The notes beneath the pieces were generated by a model. It did not search any database. It was not told the origin of the DNA and saw only the letters and a list, made by a program, of their open reading frames with translations. Made by a program: the position numbers and the translations under genes. Shown piece after piece: positions 1-8,346 of a stretch of 64,000 bases of DNA. Source of the DNA: a virus; the IMG/VR virus record IMGVR_UViG_2754412344_000002, positions 1,647-65,646 of that record; one strand, written 5' to 3'. The stretch's first letter is position 1. The number at the start of each line of letters is the position of its first letter.

Positions 1-136
1 GATCAGTCAGGTCGCCCCAGCGGTCCGCGTTGACGAGCGACACCGCGACGGTCATCCAGAACTGGACGAGCGAGTCGGGGTACGTCGTCGTGTCCTTGAA
101 CTCGGGGAACGACTGTCTGAACTGGGAAACGTCCAC
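1..136 (-). CDS. DUF4054-like head-tail adaptor protein (runs off window)
   Basis: GTG at 134-136; reads MDVSQFRQSFPEFKDTTTYPDSLVQFW..., the F-R-x-x-F-P-E-F motif typical of genes two downstream of DUF2184 capsids. Confidence 0.7.
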   Translation of the reverse strand, partial: MDVSQFRQSFPEFKDTTTYPDSLVQFWMTVAVSLVNADRWGDLTD

Positions 137-144
137 GGGTCACC

Positions 145-417
145 TTACTTGTTGCCGGCCTTGGCAGCCGTCTTTGCCGGTGCCGCGTCGGGCACGGCAT
201 CCTTCCCAGCGTCGGCCTGCGGCGGATCCGCGTCGGCTCCCTTCGCAGGCGCAGCCGCGACGCCGTCCGGCAGCGGGCCAGTGTGCGCCTGCGTGTACCA
301 GTGGTCGGCGATGTAATCCTCGACCTCCTGCACGCCGGCGACGACGCGGCGCTCGATCGACTCGCCCTCGTGGACGAGCCGCACGGTGAATGCCTTCAGC
401 ACGTTGATGAGCTGCAT
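145..417 (-). CDS. Small phage head-associated protein (STY1053-like)
   Basis: 90 aa, DHWY motif, Ala/Pro-rich tail, directly downstream of the capsid gene. Confidence 0.65.
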   Translation of the reverse strand: MQLINVLKAFTVRLVHEGESIERRVVAGVQEVEDYIADHWYTQAHTGPLPDGVAAAPAKGADADPPQADAGKDAVPDAAPAKTAAKAGNK

Positions 418-418
418 G

Positions 419-1310
419 TTACACCCCGTCCCGGTAGCCGATCGTTTCCGGATACACGACTTCGACCACGCCGAGGCGGCCGAAATACGTCACCAGCTGG
501 CGCAGGTCGCGATACTCGAGCGGCGTGCGCTGCAGCGGCACCAGCGGGAAGCGAACGCGGCCCTTGTCCTTCGTGTATGCGACCATGCGGTTCTTGCCGG
601 CAGCACCGCGGCCGGTGAGCCACTTCGACGGGAAGATCTCCAGCGGCCGGCCGTTGAGCTGGTTCGCGAGGCTGTTGTCCTGCAGATAGCGCAGCACGCT
701 GATGTTGCCGGCGTCGCTGACTTTGCGCTGCACGAGCAGCGAAAAGCTCTTCGGGTCGAGCAACAGGCGGCCCGGGCACACCGCGTAGCCGGCTGCCGCC
801 CACGCGCTGTTCAGCAGCTCGTTCACATCGTCGAGCATCTGGTCCGGCGTCGCCGTCTGCCAGCTGCCCGTCTGCGCATTCGAGACGTTCTCGACCGCCG
901 TGCTGTTCACGAGGCCCGTCACGCCGATCACGGTGTCGCCGATGTAGACCTGCTCATCGACGTCCATGTTGTGCTTGAGCTGCATGCCCTCGAACTTCTG
1001 CTGGTCGACCGGGCGGCCGAGCTTCTGCGCGGATTCGAGTTCCGGGATCGTCCAGCCGATTTGCATGCCCCAGAGCGTCAGCGGGTTCGGCGTCTTGCCG
1101 ATATCCAGGCCGAGGCTCTGGATCGCGTTCGCGTCCTTGCCGACCCACGACTTGCCGGCCGGCGACGGGCCGCCCGCAGCAGCGAACATCGAGTTCGTGA
1201 ACGAGGACACCTCGTCGGCGATCGACACGTCCTCGCGGAGGTCGATGTCGCGCGACCACGTCACCGACGCGAGCGGCATGTGCAGCGTCTGGTCGAGGCG
1301 TTCGAGTTCC
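419..1310 (-). pseudogene. DUF2184-family major capsid protein, 5'-truncated
   Basis: Capsid-like sequence (ELERLDQTLHMPLASVTWSRDIDLRED...YFGRLGVVEVVYPET) continues upstream of the Met at 1279 to ~1310, then turns into unrelated sequence with no in-frame start before a stop at ~1383. Confidence 0.8.
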
Positions 1311-1311
1311 C

Positions 1312-1494
1312 GAGCGCGACCGGTTGCTCTACTGGCTCGACGACCTCGCTTACACCGAGCAGATCGACACGGCGCTCGTCTTCATGAGCCTGAAGACCGC
1401 GCCCGCAGGCCTGCCGGAGGGCATCGAGGCATTCTGGGTCGAGGATGGACAGGTCGCGGCGGCAGCGCCGCGTGCCGTACGGGAGGCAGCATGA
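1312..1494 (+). pseudogene. C-terminal fragment of a phage AAA/SMC-like ATPase gene
   Basis: Reads ERDRLLYWLDDLAYTEQIDTALVFMSLKTAPAGLPEGIEAFWVEDG...REAA*; stop overlaps next ATG (ATGA); no start codon; family assignment from memory of similar C-termini. Confidence 0.5.
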
Positions 1495-2114
1495 GAGAGG
1501 ACATCGAACGGTACCTGGCCGCGACGTCGGAGGCCACTGCGAAGGCGGTCGCCGCAGGAACCGGGCTCCCGCAGCTCGACGTGACGAAAGAGCTGAACCG
1601 CATGCTCGGCGACGGGCTGGTAGAGCGCGAAAAGCGCGCGGGTGGCGGCAACGAGTATGTGTACTGGCTCACGCGCACAGCGCGGCCGGCGGCGGTCGTC
1701 GGCGACGCACCGCAGCCTGATGCGGCGCCGATGCTGGTATCGATTGGCCTGGTCGAGAAGTCGGTGGATCCGAATGCCAGCGTCGTCGATGTCGCGCAGA
1801 TCATCGCCAGCCTGCGCGCCGACGTCGAGCGCGTCACCGCCGAGCGAGACGCCGCGCTGCAAAAGGCGGACACTTGGCGCTCGACCGCCGCGACGCTCGA
1901 GGCGCGCATCGACGAACTGACGCTCGGCCCGGTCGGCGCACGTGCGCCGCTATTCGTGACTGTCGGCCGCAACTGCAAGCCGCAGCGCCACGAATCACTG
2001 GAGAAGGCACAGCGTCGTGGCCGCGCGCTCGTGCGCAGCGAGAAGGAATCCGAGGTACTCGTGCTCGAACCGGTCGGCCGGATTGTGCGCGGCACGGAGT
2101 GGATGCCCCGCTGA
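1491..2114 (+). CDS. Phage protein with N-terminal winged-HTH-like region and coiled coil
   Basis: ATG 1491 after GGAGG; 207 aa; LERE..GGGNEYVYW wHTH-like end. Confidence 0.7.
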   Translation: MREDIERYLAATSEATAKAVAAGTGLPQLDVTKELNRMLGDGLVEREKRAGGGNEYVYWLTRTARPAAVVGDAPQPDAAPMLVSIGLVEKSVDPNASVVDVAQIIASLRADVERVTAERDAALQKADTWRSTAATLEARIDELTLGPVGARAPLFVTVGRNCKPQRHESLEKAQRRGRALVRSEKESEVLVLEPVGRIVRGTEWMPR

Positions 2115-2163
2115 TCTCATAGAGCTTACCCCGCGCGGTGTGCCTCGGTCCGCGCGGTATTTG

Positions 2164-2198
2164 AAGGGCGCCGAACTTTTTCGGCGCCCTTTCTTTTT
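2164..2198 (+). terminator. Intrinsic terminator
   Basis: 12-bp stem AAGGGCGCCGAA/TTCGGCGCCCTT followed by T-rich tract. Confidence 0.7.
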
Positions 2199-2346
2199 CC
2201 ACCGGCTTCAACGGTGGGTGCTCGGAGTGACGGGTGGGCGCCGTCACAAAGCCAACACGATGCAGCGCAGCCGGCTCTCATGCTACCCGCTGCCATATGC
2301 GAGCCGAGCACCCGCCATTGAGGCTTTATCTGTAGAGGAAGCGACC

Positions 2347-2970
2347 ATGACCACCCAAAATGAAAATAGCCCGCTCACGCAGAACGCGGGCGGGCAAGGC
2401 ACTGGATCAGCATTCGAGGCACGACGGCTGTCCAGGGAAGATAACGGCAGCGTCGCGCGAAACCTTAGCGAGAAAAGGTGCCCCGCTCCCGAACTGGCGA
2501 GCGAGGCGACAGCTCAGCGACCGAGTACGGAGAACCCGACCGCTGAGTGCATTTTCGGTGCGAAAACAGCCGGCGGCAATGAGACGAATCTGAAAATGAG
2601 CGCAGGTCCCATGCTCCAGAAGATCCCCGTCGTGCGCGACGAGAACGGATATTTCATCCACCCGGACCTGCGCCACTTCTGGACGGTCACCATGGACGGC
2701 GCGGAGGGCTGCACTGATGAGCAGTGGGCCGCTCTTGAAGCGCAGGCCGGCATCAAGATGGCGATCTACCACCTCGAAAATGAGAGCGTGGATCACGCGG
2801 CATACGTCTCGTACTTCGACAACGGGAACCTCGACATCACCGCATGGGATCCGTCGCCCGAACCGGGATGGTGGCTGATCGAGATCGGCGACAGCGAAGA
2901 CGGGCCATATGCCGTGTATGCAACCCACGCTGATGAAACGGCCTGTGCCGTCAAACAATCGAGCAAATGA
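2347..2970 (+). CDS. Phage hypothetical protein; C-terminal ~110 aa homologous to 15273-15611
   Basis: IPVVRDENGYFIHPDL...EPGWWLIEIGDSEDGPYAVYATHA shared with the prophage 2 gene; ATG after GAGGAAG. Confidence 0.65.
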   Translation: MTTQNENSPLTQNAGGQGTGSAFEARRLSREDNGSVARNLSEKRCPAPELASEATAQRPSTENPTAECIFGAKTAGGNETNLKMSAGPMLQKIPVVRDENGYFIHPDLRHFWTVTMDGAEGCTDEQWAALEAQAGIKMAIYHLENESVDHAAYVSYFDNGNLDITAWDPSPEPGWWLIEIGDSEDGPYAVYATHADETACAVKQSSK

Positions 2971-3006
2971 GCACGCCAAGCGTTCCGATGCGGGCGGACG
3001 GACGGC

Positions 3007-3264
3007 TCATTCCGACGGGTCGCGCGACTCGAAATAGTCGTCAATTGTCCGTTTCACCTTGACGATCTCTTGTTCGATATCAGCTGCCGCTCGATTCGGA
3101 CGCCACGCATTGGCACCGAGAAAAACCGAGGTGCGCAGTGCAGCAATAAGCTCAATGTCCGTTGCAATCACGCTCGTGCTGAGCGTTACCGGGCCGCCAA
3201 TCAGTGGGGTAAGAGCCACGGTGATTTGAAAGCCACGGTAATTGGTGATTTGCGCATCTGACAT
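3007..3264 (-). CDS. Small hypothetical protein, counter-oriented moron-like insert
   Basis: 85 aa MSDAQITNYRGFQITVAL...; lower GC than neighbours; opposite strand to operon. Confidence 0.5.
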   Translation of the reverse strand: MSDAQITNYRGFQITVALTPLIGGPVTLSTSVIATDIELIAALRTSVFLGANAWRPNRAAADIEQEIVKVKRTIDDYFESRDPSE

Positions 3265-3300
3265 TTGCAACTCCATAAGCGTTGGGAAGGAAATCCTAGC

Positions 3301-4350
3301 ATGAGCGAGAACACCAAAATCGAGTGGTGCGACCACACATTCAACCCGTGGGAAGGCTGCCAGAAGGTCGGGCCGGGGTGCGATCACTGCTACGCCGAGA
3401 TGCGCAATGCCCGCTTCGGCGGAGGCACCCCCGTGAACTGGGGGCCCGGCGCGCCGCGCCGCCGCACGTCGGCCGCGAACTGGCGGAAGCCGCTGCAGTG
3501 GAACCGCGACGGCACGTTCTACGCGATCCACGGGCGGCGCCAGCGCGTGTTCTGCGCGTCGCTCGCCGACGTGTTCGACAACGCCGTTCCGGACGCCTGG
3601 CGCGCGGACCTGTTCGACCTGATCTGGAATACGCCGAACCTCGACTGGCTGCTGCTGACGAAACGAATCGGTAATGCCGGGCCGATGATCACCCGCGCGC
3701 TCGAGCTCGCCGGGCGCGGTGTAAACACACCGTGGCCATGGTCAAACGTCTGGCTCGGCGCGACGATCGTTGACCAGGTCGAGGCTGATCGCGACATCGA
3801 AAAGCTGCTCATGACACCCGCGCACCGCCGGTTTCTATCCATGGAGCCGCTGCTTGGTCCCGTCGATCTTCGAGCATGGTTCGATCCGACTGGCATCTGC
3901 TGTATGCGGGAAATGCAGTCCTGCGCCGACTGCCCTGCCGACGCGCCGTGGATTCACGGACCGACGACCGAGTACGCGGAGGACGGGACGGGTTACAGCT
4001 CGCCCGAAATCGACTGGGTAATCGTAGGTGGAGAAAGCGGCGCCGGCGCGCGACCGATGCATTCGGCATGGGCGCGCGATCTCCGCGACCAGTGCGCCGC
4101 CTACGGCGTGCCCTTCCTGTTCAAGCAATGGGGAGAGTGGCGCGAGCCGCTGGACCGGGAACGCTACGACACCACGATGGGCCGCGCCCAGCGCGTGCCC
4201 GCGTTCATCGTCTCGACGGCTGGCACCGTCCATTGCTTCGAGAACGAGCAGACGCGCGATGGCGGCCAAACGATGCTGCGGGTTGGCAAGCGCGCCGCCG
4301 GCCGGCTGCTCGACGGCCGCACGCACGACGAATTCCCGGAGGCACGATGA
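3301..4350 (+). CDS. Phage Gp37/Gp68 (DUF5131) family protein
   Basis: IEWCDHTFNPWEGC.KV.PGCDHCYAE, RVFCASLADVF, WLLLTKR, RFLSMEPLLG, IDWVIVGGESG motifs. Confidence 0.9.
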   Translation: MSENTKIEWCDHTFNPWEGCQKVGPGCDHCYAEMRNARFGGGTPVNWGPGAPRRRTSAANWRKPLQWNRDGTFYAIHGRRQRVFCASLADVFDNAVPDAWRADLFDLIWNTPNLDWLLLTKRIGNAGPMITRALELAGRGVNTPWPWSNVWLGATIVDQVEADRDIEKLLMTPAHRRFLSMEPLLGPVDLRAWFDPTGICCMREMQSCADCPADAPWIHGPTTEYAEDGTGYSSPEIDWVIVGGESGAGARPMHSAWARDLRDQCAAYGVPFLFKQWGEWREPLDRERYDTTMGRAQRVPAFIVSTAGTVHCFENEQTRDGGQTMLRVGKRAAGRLLDGRTHDEFPEAR

Positions 4351-5042
4351 AAGAACGCTCGATCCTTTTCAGCGGCCCGATGGTGCGCGCCATCCTCGAA
4401 GGCCGGAAGACGCAGACGCGCCGGCTCGCGATCCCGAAGCGCAGCTGCATCGATTTCATCGGCGGCGGCCCGAAGGATGGCCCGGACTGGAACGACCCGG
4501 CATGCTGGGGGTTCGAGGACGCAAACACCGGCGTCTGGTGGGCGCTGCGCGGCGACGATCAGTGCCGCCAGTTGCCATGTCCGCATGGCGAGCCCGGCGA
4601 CCGGCGGTGGGTGCGCGAGACGTGCAGCGCGGACGAGCTCGACAGCGGCCTCGACGGCGTGCGCTATCCCGCCGATGATGCGTTCCGTGCGATCGAAGAC
4701 TCGAGCGAGGCAGCCGGCCGATGGGTCGAGCTGTACGGGTACCGCGGCCAGACTGGTGCGACGGTTCCAGCGATCCACATGCCGCGTTGGGCATCGCGCA
4801 TCACGCTCGAGATCACTGGCGTGCGCGCCGAGCGCCTGCAGTCGATCAGCGAATCGGATGCTCGCGCCGAAGGTGTAACGATCGAGGACCACCACATGCG
4901 CGGATACTGCGCCGGCTCCTACCGGCCGCCGAGCATCCGCGCCTTCCACGACCTGTGGGACGGCCTGAACGCCGCGCGCGGGCACGGCTGGGACGTGAAC
5001 CCGTGGGTGTGGGTTGTCGAATTCAGGAGGATTGAGACGTGA
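4347..5042 (+). CDS. Phage ASCH/PUA-like protein
   Basis: MKERSILFSGPMVRAILEGRKTQTRR ... IHMPRWASRITLEITGVRAERLQ ... W..NPWVWVVEF. Confidence 0.8.
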   Translation: MKERSILFSGPMVRAILEGRKTQTRRLAIPKRSCIDFIGGGPKDGPDWNDPACWGFEDANTGVWWALRGDDQCRQLPCPHGEPGDRRWVRETCSADELDSGLDGVRYPADDAFRAIEDSSEAAGRWVELYGYRGQTGATVPAIHMPRWASRITLEITGVRAERLQSISESDARAEGVTIEDHHMRGYCAGSYRPPSIRAFHDLWDGLNAARGHGWDVNPWVWVVEFRRIET

Positions 5043-5284
5043 GCCTCTACCTGTCTACGGTCGAACTGGCCGAGCTCGTCGGCTGCCGGCCGCGCAGCCT
5101 GGCGTGCATGAAACGTTGGTTGGAGCGGAACCACTGGCCGTATGCGGTGAACATCGCGGGTGTCCCGCTCGTCGCCCGGGCCTACTACGAGTCCCGCATG
5201 AACGGAACCGCACCGCCCGCCCCCGCGCGCCGGCCCCGCGCCGCCGCATCAGATGAACCGAATTTCGCCGCACTCACAGCATGA
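5039..5284 (+). CDS. DUF4224-like excisionase/recombination directionality factor
   Basis: 81 aa, YLS..ELAELVG HTH start, overlaps integrase start. Confidence 0.7.
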   Translation: MSLYLSTVELAELVGCRPRSLACMKRWLERNHWPYAVNIAGVPLVARAYYESRMNGTAPPAPARRPRAAASDEPNFAALTA

Positions 5285-6402
5285 TCGGACGACGCAAACG
5301 GCCGGACGGATTGCCCTTCCGGCTCTACGCCCACTACGGGAAGCACAAGGTCAGCTTCGGCTACAAGCTGCCGACTGGTCGCTGGGCGTTCCGCCTCTCG
5401 GCGCCCGCACGCCACAAGGATGCGATCGCGGAGATCCGCAAACAGGCGATCGAACGCGCGGAAGCGCTCAACGGAGACGCTGTCGAGCCGGGCACGTTCG
5501 AGGCACTCGCCGACGCATATTTCGACTGGCAAGAGGGTCTGCCGCATACCGACGAACGCCGGAAGGCGCAGATCACCCTCGACGAAAACCGAAACGAGCT
5601 GAAACGCCTCGTCGCCGTCTTCGGCAAGATGTCGCCGGCCGCCATCAAGCCGAAGCACGTCTACGGGTACCTCGACAAGCGCGCGCAGATGGGCGCGCCG
5701 GCGAAGGCGAACAAGGAAGTCGCCCTATTGTCCGCCATACTCGAATTCGGCCGGCGCCGCGGCGAGGTCGAAACGAACCCGTGCCGCGGCATTGAATACA
5801 ACCCGACGCGGCCGCGCCAACGCTATGTGCGGCAGGACGAAATCGATCTTGCGGTGGAAGTCGCGCGGTCGCGCCGGAGCGTCGGCGACCAGCACCCGAG
5901 TTCCGCGTACTTGATTCTCGCGCTTTGCGTGAAGGCAGCCTATCTGACCGTCAGCCGGCCGACCGAGATGCGGGAACTGCATCGTCAGAGTATCCGGCCC
6001 GAAGGCGTCGAGGTGCCGATCGGAAAGCGAAAGGCCGGCGAGCAGCAGCGCGTGAAACTCGTCCTGTGGTCACCGGAGTTGAAGGCGGTGATCGATGAAG
6101 CGCTGGCCCTGCAGCGCACGTCGAGCGTGCACGTGTTCGGGAACACGGCCGGCCAGGTGTACACGCGCAGCGGATGGAACACGAACTGGTCGCGGCTGAT
6201 GGGCTACTGCGAGAAGGAGGCGCAGGCGCGCGGCGTGCCGTTCGAGCGCTTCGCACTGCGCGACATGCGGCCGGCCGCCGTGACCGATCGCCAAGAGGAA
6301 GGCGACGATCGCATCATCGACGCGACCGGCCATGCAGACGAACGTATGGTGCGGAAGACATACGACCGACGCCGACAGAGGAAAGTGCGAGCGACGCGCT
6401 AA
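5281..6402 (+). CDS. int: Tyrosine recombinase (phage integrase)
   Basis: RPTEMR, LRDMR, TGH and terminal TYDRR catalytic-type motifs; adjacent to tRNA-His. Confidence 0.9.
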   Translation: MIGRRKRPDGLPFRLYAHYGKHKVSFGYKLPTGRWAFRLSAPARHKDAIAEIRKQAIERAEALNGDAVEPGTFEALADAYFDWQEGLPHTDERRKAQITLDENRNELKRLVAVFGKMSPAAIKPKHVYGYLDKRAQMGAPAKANKEVALLSAILEFGRRRGEVETNPCRGIEYNPTRPRQRYVRQDEIDLAVEVARSRRSVGDQHPSSAYLILALCVKAAYLTVSRPTEMRELHRQSIRPEGVEVPIGKRKAGEQQRVKLVLWSPELKAVIDEALALQRTSSVHVFGNTAGQVYTRSGWNTNWSRLMGYCEKEAQARGVPFERFALRDMRPAAVTDRQEEGDDRIIDATGHADERMVRKTYDRRRQRKVRATR

Positions 6403-6914
6403 GCGGCGCCTCGTTCATCGGTACGAGGAAGCTGCGCAGCGTGTAGGCGCTCTGACATATTAGCGCATCGGACTATCGTCACCGTCGCCGACGCAATACA
6501 CAAAATAGACAAGAGCCCGGAAAAGATACCAAATACTTGCACCGCAACAAGCGCGAAAGCGCTAACGTCCCCCATCAATCCATGCTTTGCGGCGTAATGC
6601 GTCGCAATTGAGAAAAGCATTATTAAGAGGCCTGACACTGCCTGGATCGTGGCCAGCGTGGCGCGATGACGCCCTCTCATTTCAGCTTGGAAACACAGGT
6701 CACGCAACCCAGGGTCCGTCTGGAGCAGTGCGACTTGCGCCTCGAATGACTCGCGCGCAGCTTTGCTTCGCAGCGTCCATTTCCCCCAAGCCCTTTTAGC
6801 GAGCTTATCGAGGCCGTCCTTAATGTACATCCCGAAGAGCCCGAGAATCACTACACCGACTGCAGATGAGACCCACCATGCTGAAGAGAGGATGGTCGAC
6901 TGTACGAAAGACAT
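6399..6914 (-). CDS. Membrane protein (about 3 TM) between integrase and att
   Basis: 171 aa from MSFVQ; hydrophobic stretches at N-terminus and ~aa 88-150; GGGGAG RBS; lower GC. Confidence 0.65.
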   Translation of the reverse strand: MSFVQSTILSSAWWVSSAVGVVILGLFGMYIKDGLDKLAKRAWGKWTLRSKAARESFEAQVALLQTDPGLRDLCFQAEMRGRHRATLATIQAVSGLLIMLFSIATHYAAKHGLMGDVSAFALVAVQVFGIFSGLLSILCIASATVTIVRCANMSERLHAAQLPRTDERGAA

Positions 6915-6936
6915 CTTTTTGCTGCTCCCCGGATGC

Positions 6937-6964
6937 AAAAAAGCCCGCTCATCGGCGGGCTTTT
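6937..6964. terminator. Bidirectional intrinsic terminator downstream of tRNA-His
   Basis: AAAAAAGCCCGC-TCATCG-GCGGGCTTTT. Confidence 0.75.
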
Positions 6965-6970
6965 GTTTCA

Positions 6971-7004
6971 TCATCTTCCAAATTTTGGAATCTCATCTTC
7001 CAAA
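6971..7004. repeat. Direct repeat TCATCTTCCAAA x2, candidate integrase arm-type sites
   Basis: Copies at 6971-6982 and 6993-7004 (22-bp period) just inside the att end. Confidence 0.5.
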
Positions 7005-7050
7005 ACTTGTAACACGTCAGCTTGTTTTTGCTGCAAGTGCTTGAATTCGT

Positions 7051-7127
7051 TGGGGTGGCTGATGGGACTCGAACCCACGACAACAGGAATCACAATCCTG
7101 GACTCTACCAACTGAGCTACAGCCACC
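7051..7127 (-). tRNA. tRNA-His (GTG), host; att site of prophage 1
   Basis: GGTGGCTGTAGCTCAGTTGGTAGAGTCCAGGATTGTGATTCCTGTTGTCGTGGGTTCGAGTCCCATCAGCCACCCCA, 77 nt with G-1 and CCA. Confidence 0.97.
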
Positions 7128-7185
7128 ACTGATACCGCTTTGTTTCTTCGCTGTTTCGTTTCGTGTTCAGCAGCGAAGAACAAGA

Positions 7186-8220
7186 TTATACGAAGACTTT
7201 TCCATCTTGCAAAGCATTTTTTTCAAAATTTTCGAGAGCGTCGTTCAGATGCGTACGCGCCTCGTCGAACACGGCCAGATCGCCGCGCGCGAGCTTCTTG
7301 TTGTCCGACAGCACGCGACGCCAGCCGCGCGCCCCCGCGACGCCGCGATACAGCCCGAGTGCGTGCCGGACGATCGCGCCGAGATACGTGCCGCGCTTCA
7401 GCTCCGCCGCGCAGTATTCGATCAGTTTCGCCTCGGCCTCTTCGCGCGTCGGCGCGGCGGCGGTCGCTCCATAGAAGCGCGCATCGACTTCGGCGAGCAC
7501 GTACGGGTTGTGATACGCCTCACGGCCGAGCATCACGCCGTCCACATGCTCGAGATGCTGCGCGACTTCATCCAGCGTCTTGATGCCGCCGTTGATCACG
7601 ATCTCCAGCGACGGGAAATCGCGCTTCAGCCGGTACGCATAGTCGTACTTGAGCGGCGGAATCTCACGATTCTCCTTCGGCGAAAGCCCCTTCAGGATCG
7701 CATTGCGCGCGTGCACGACGAACGTCTGGCAGCCCGCCTCGGCTACCGTGCCGACGAAGTCCCGCACGAACGCGTAGTCCTCGACCGCATCGACCCCGAT
7801 CCGATGCTTGACCGTGACCGGCACCGACACCGCATCGCGCATCGCCTTCACGCAATCGGCGACGAGCTGCGGCTCGTTCATCAGGCACGCGCCGAACGCA
7901 CCGCGCTGCACGCGTTCGGACGGACAGCCGCAATTCAGGTTGATCTCGTCATAGCCCCATTGCTCGCCGAGTTTCGCGGCGCGTGCGAGATCGTCCGGTT
8001 CGCTGCCGCCCAGCTGAAGCGCGATCGGCGATTCGTTCGGCGTGAACGCGAGATGTCGCTGGGCGTCGCCGAACAACAGCGCGCCCGTCGTGATCATTTC
8101 CGTATACAGCCACGTGTCGCGCGTCAGCGTGCGATGGAACGACCGGCAATGACGGTCGGTCCAGTCGAGCATGGGGGCTACAGCTACCTTGCGACCTTTG
8201 AATTTTCGAGAAACTTCCAT
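7186..8220 (-). CDS. dusA: tRNA-dihydrouridine(20/20a) synthase DusA with phage-supplied N-terminus
   Basis: APMLDWTDRHCR, NLNCGCPSERVQ, VTVKHRIG, VHARNAIL, GVMLGREAY motifs; first ~15 codons AT-rich. Confidence 0.95.
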   Translation of the reverse strand: MEVSRKFKGRKVAVAPMLDWTDRHCRSFHRTLTRDTWLYTEMITTGALLFGDAQRHLAFTPNESPIALQLGGSEPDDLARAAKLGEQWGYDEINLNCGCPSERVQRGAFGACLMNEPQLVADCVKAMRDAVSVPVTVKHRIGVDAVEDYAFVRDFVGTVAEAGCQTFVVHARNAILKGLSPKENREIPPLKYDYAYRLKRDFPSLEIVINGGIKTLDEVAQHLEHVDGVMLGREAYHNPYVLAEVDARFYGATAAAPTREEAEAKLIEYCAAELKRGTYLGAIVRHALGLYRGVAGARGWRRVLSDNKKLARGDLAVFDEARTHLNDALENFEKNALQDGKVFV

Positions 8221-8346
8221 AAAATCAATGCCATGAGGCCAAATTTGCTACGTGGCAATTTACCGACACTACCCTCGATTTACTGCCATTTCACCTTTCT
8301 GTGCTACAGAATTGCTACAATCGCCTCGCTCACAAGCGAGGTGGCG

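Larger units (their letters stand above)
1..7050. mobile_element. Prophage 1 (right part, internally deleted) integrated at the tRNA-His 3' end
   Basis: Capsid-region genes, Gp37Gp68-family gene, xis-like gene and tyrosine integrase all end next to the tRNA-His CCA end; left boundary outside window. Confidence 0.85.

Noticed and set aside
7207-8346. 718-aa ORF 7207-9363 in the ORF track
   Set aside because: The first 380 codons are the antisense shadow of dusA; integrase homology starts at the ATG at 8347
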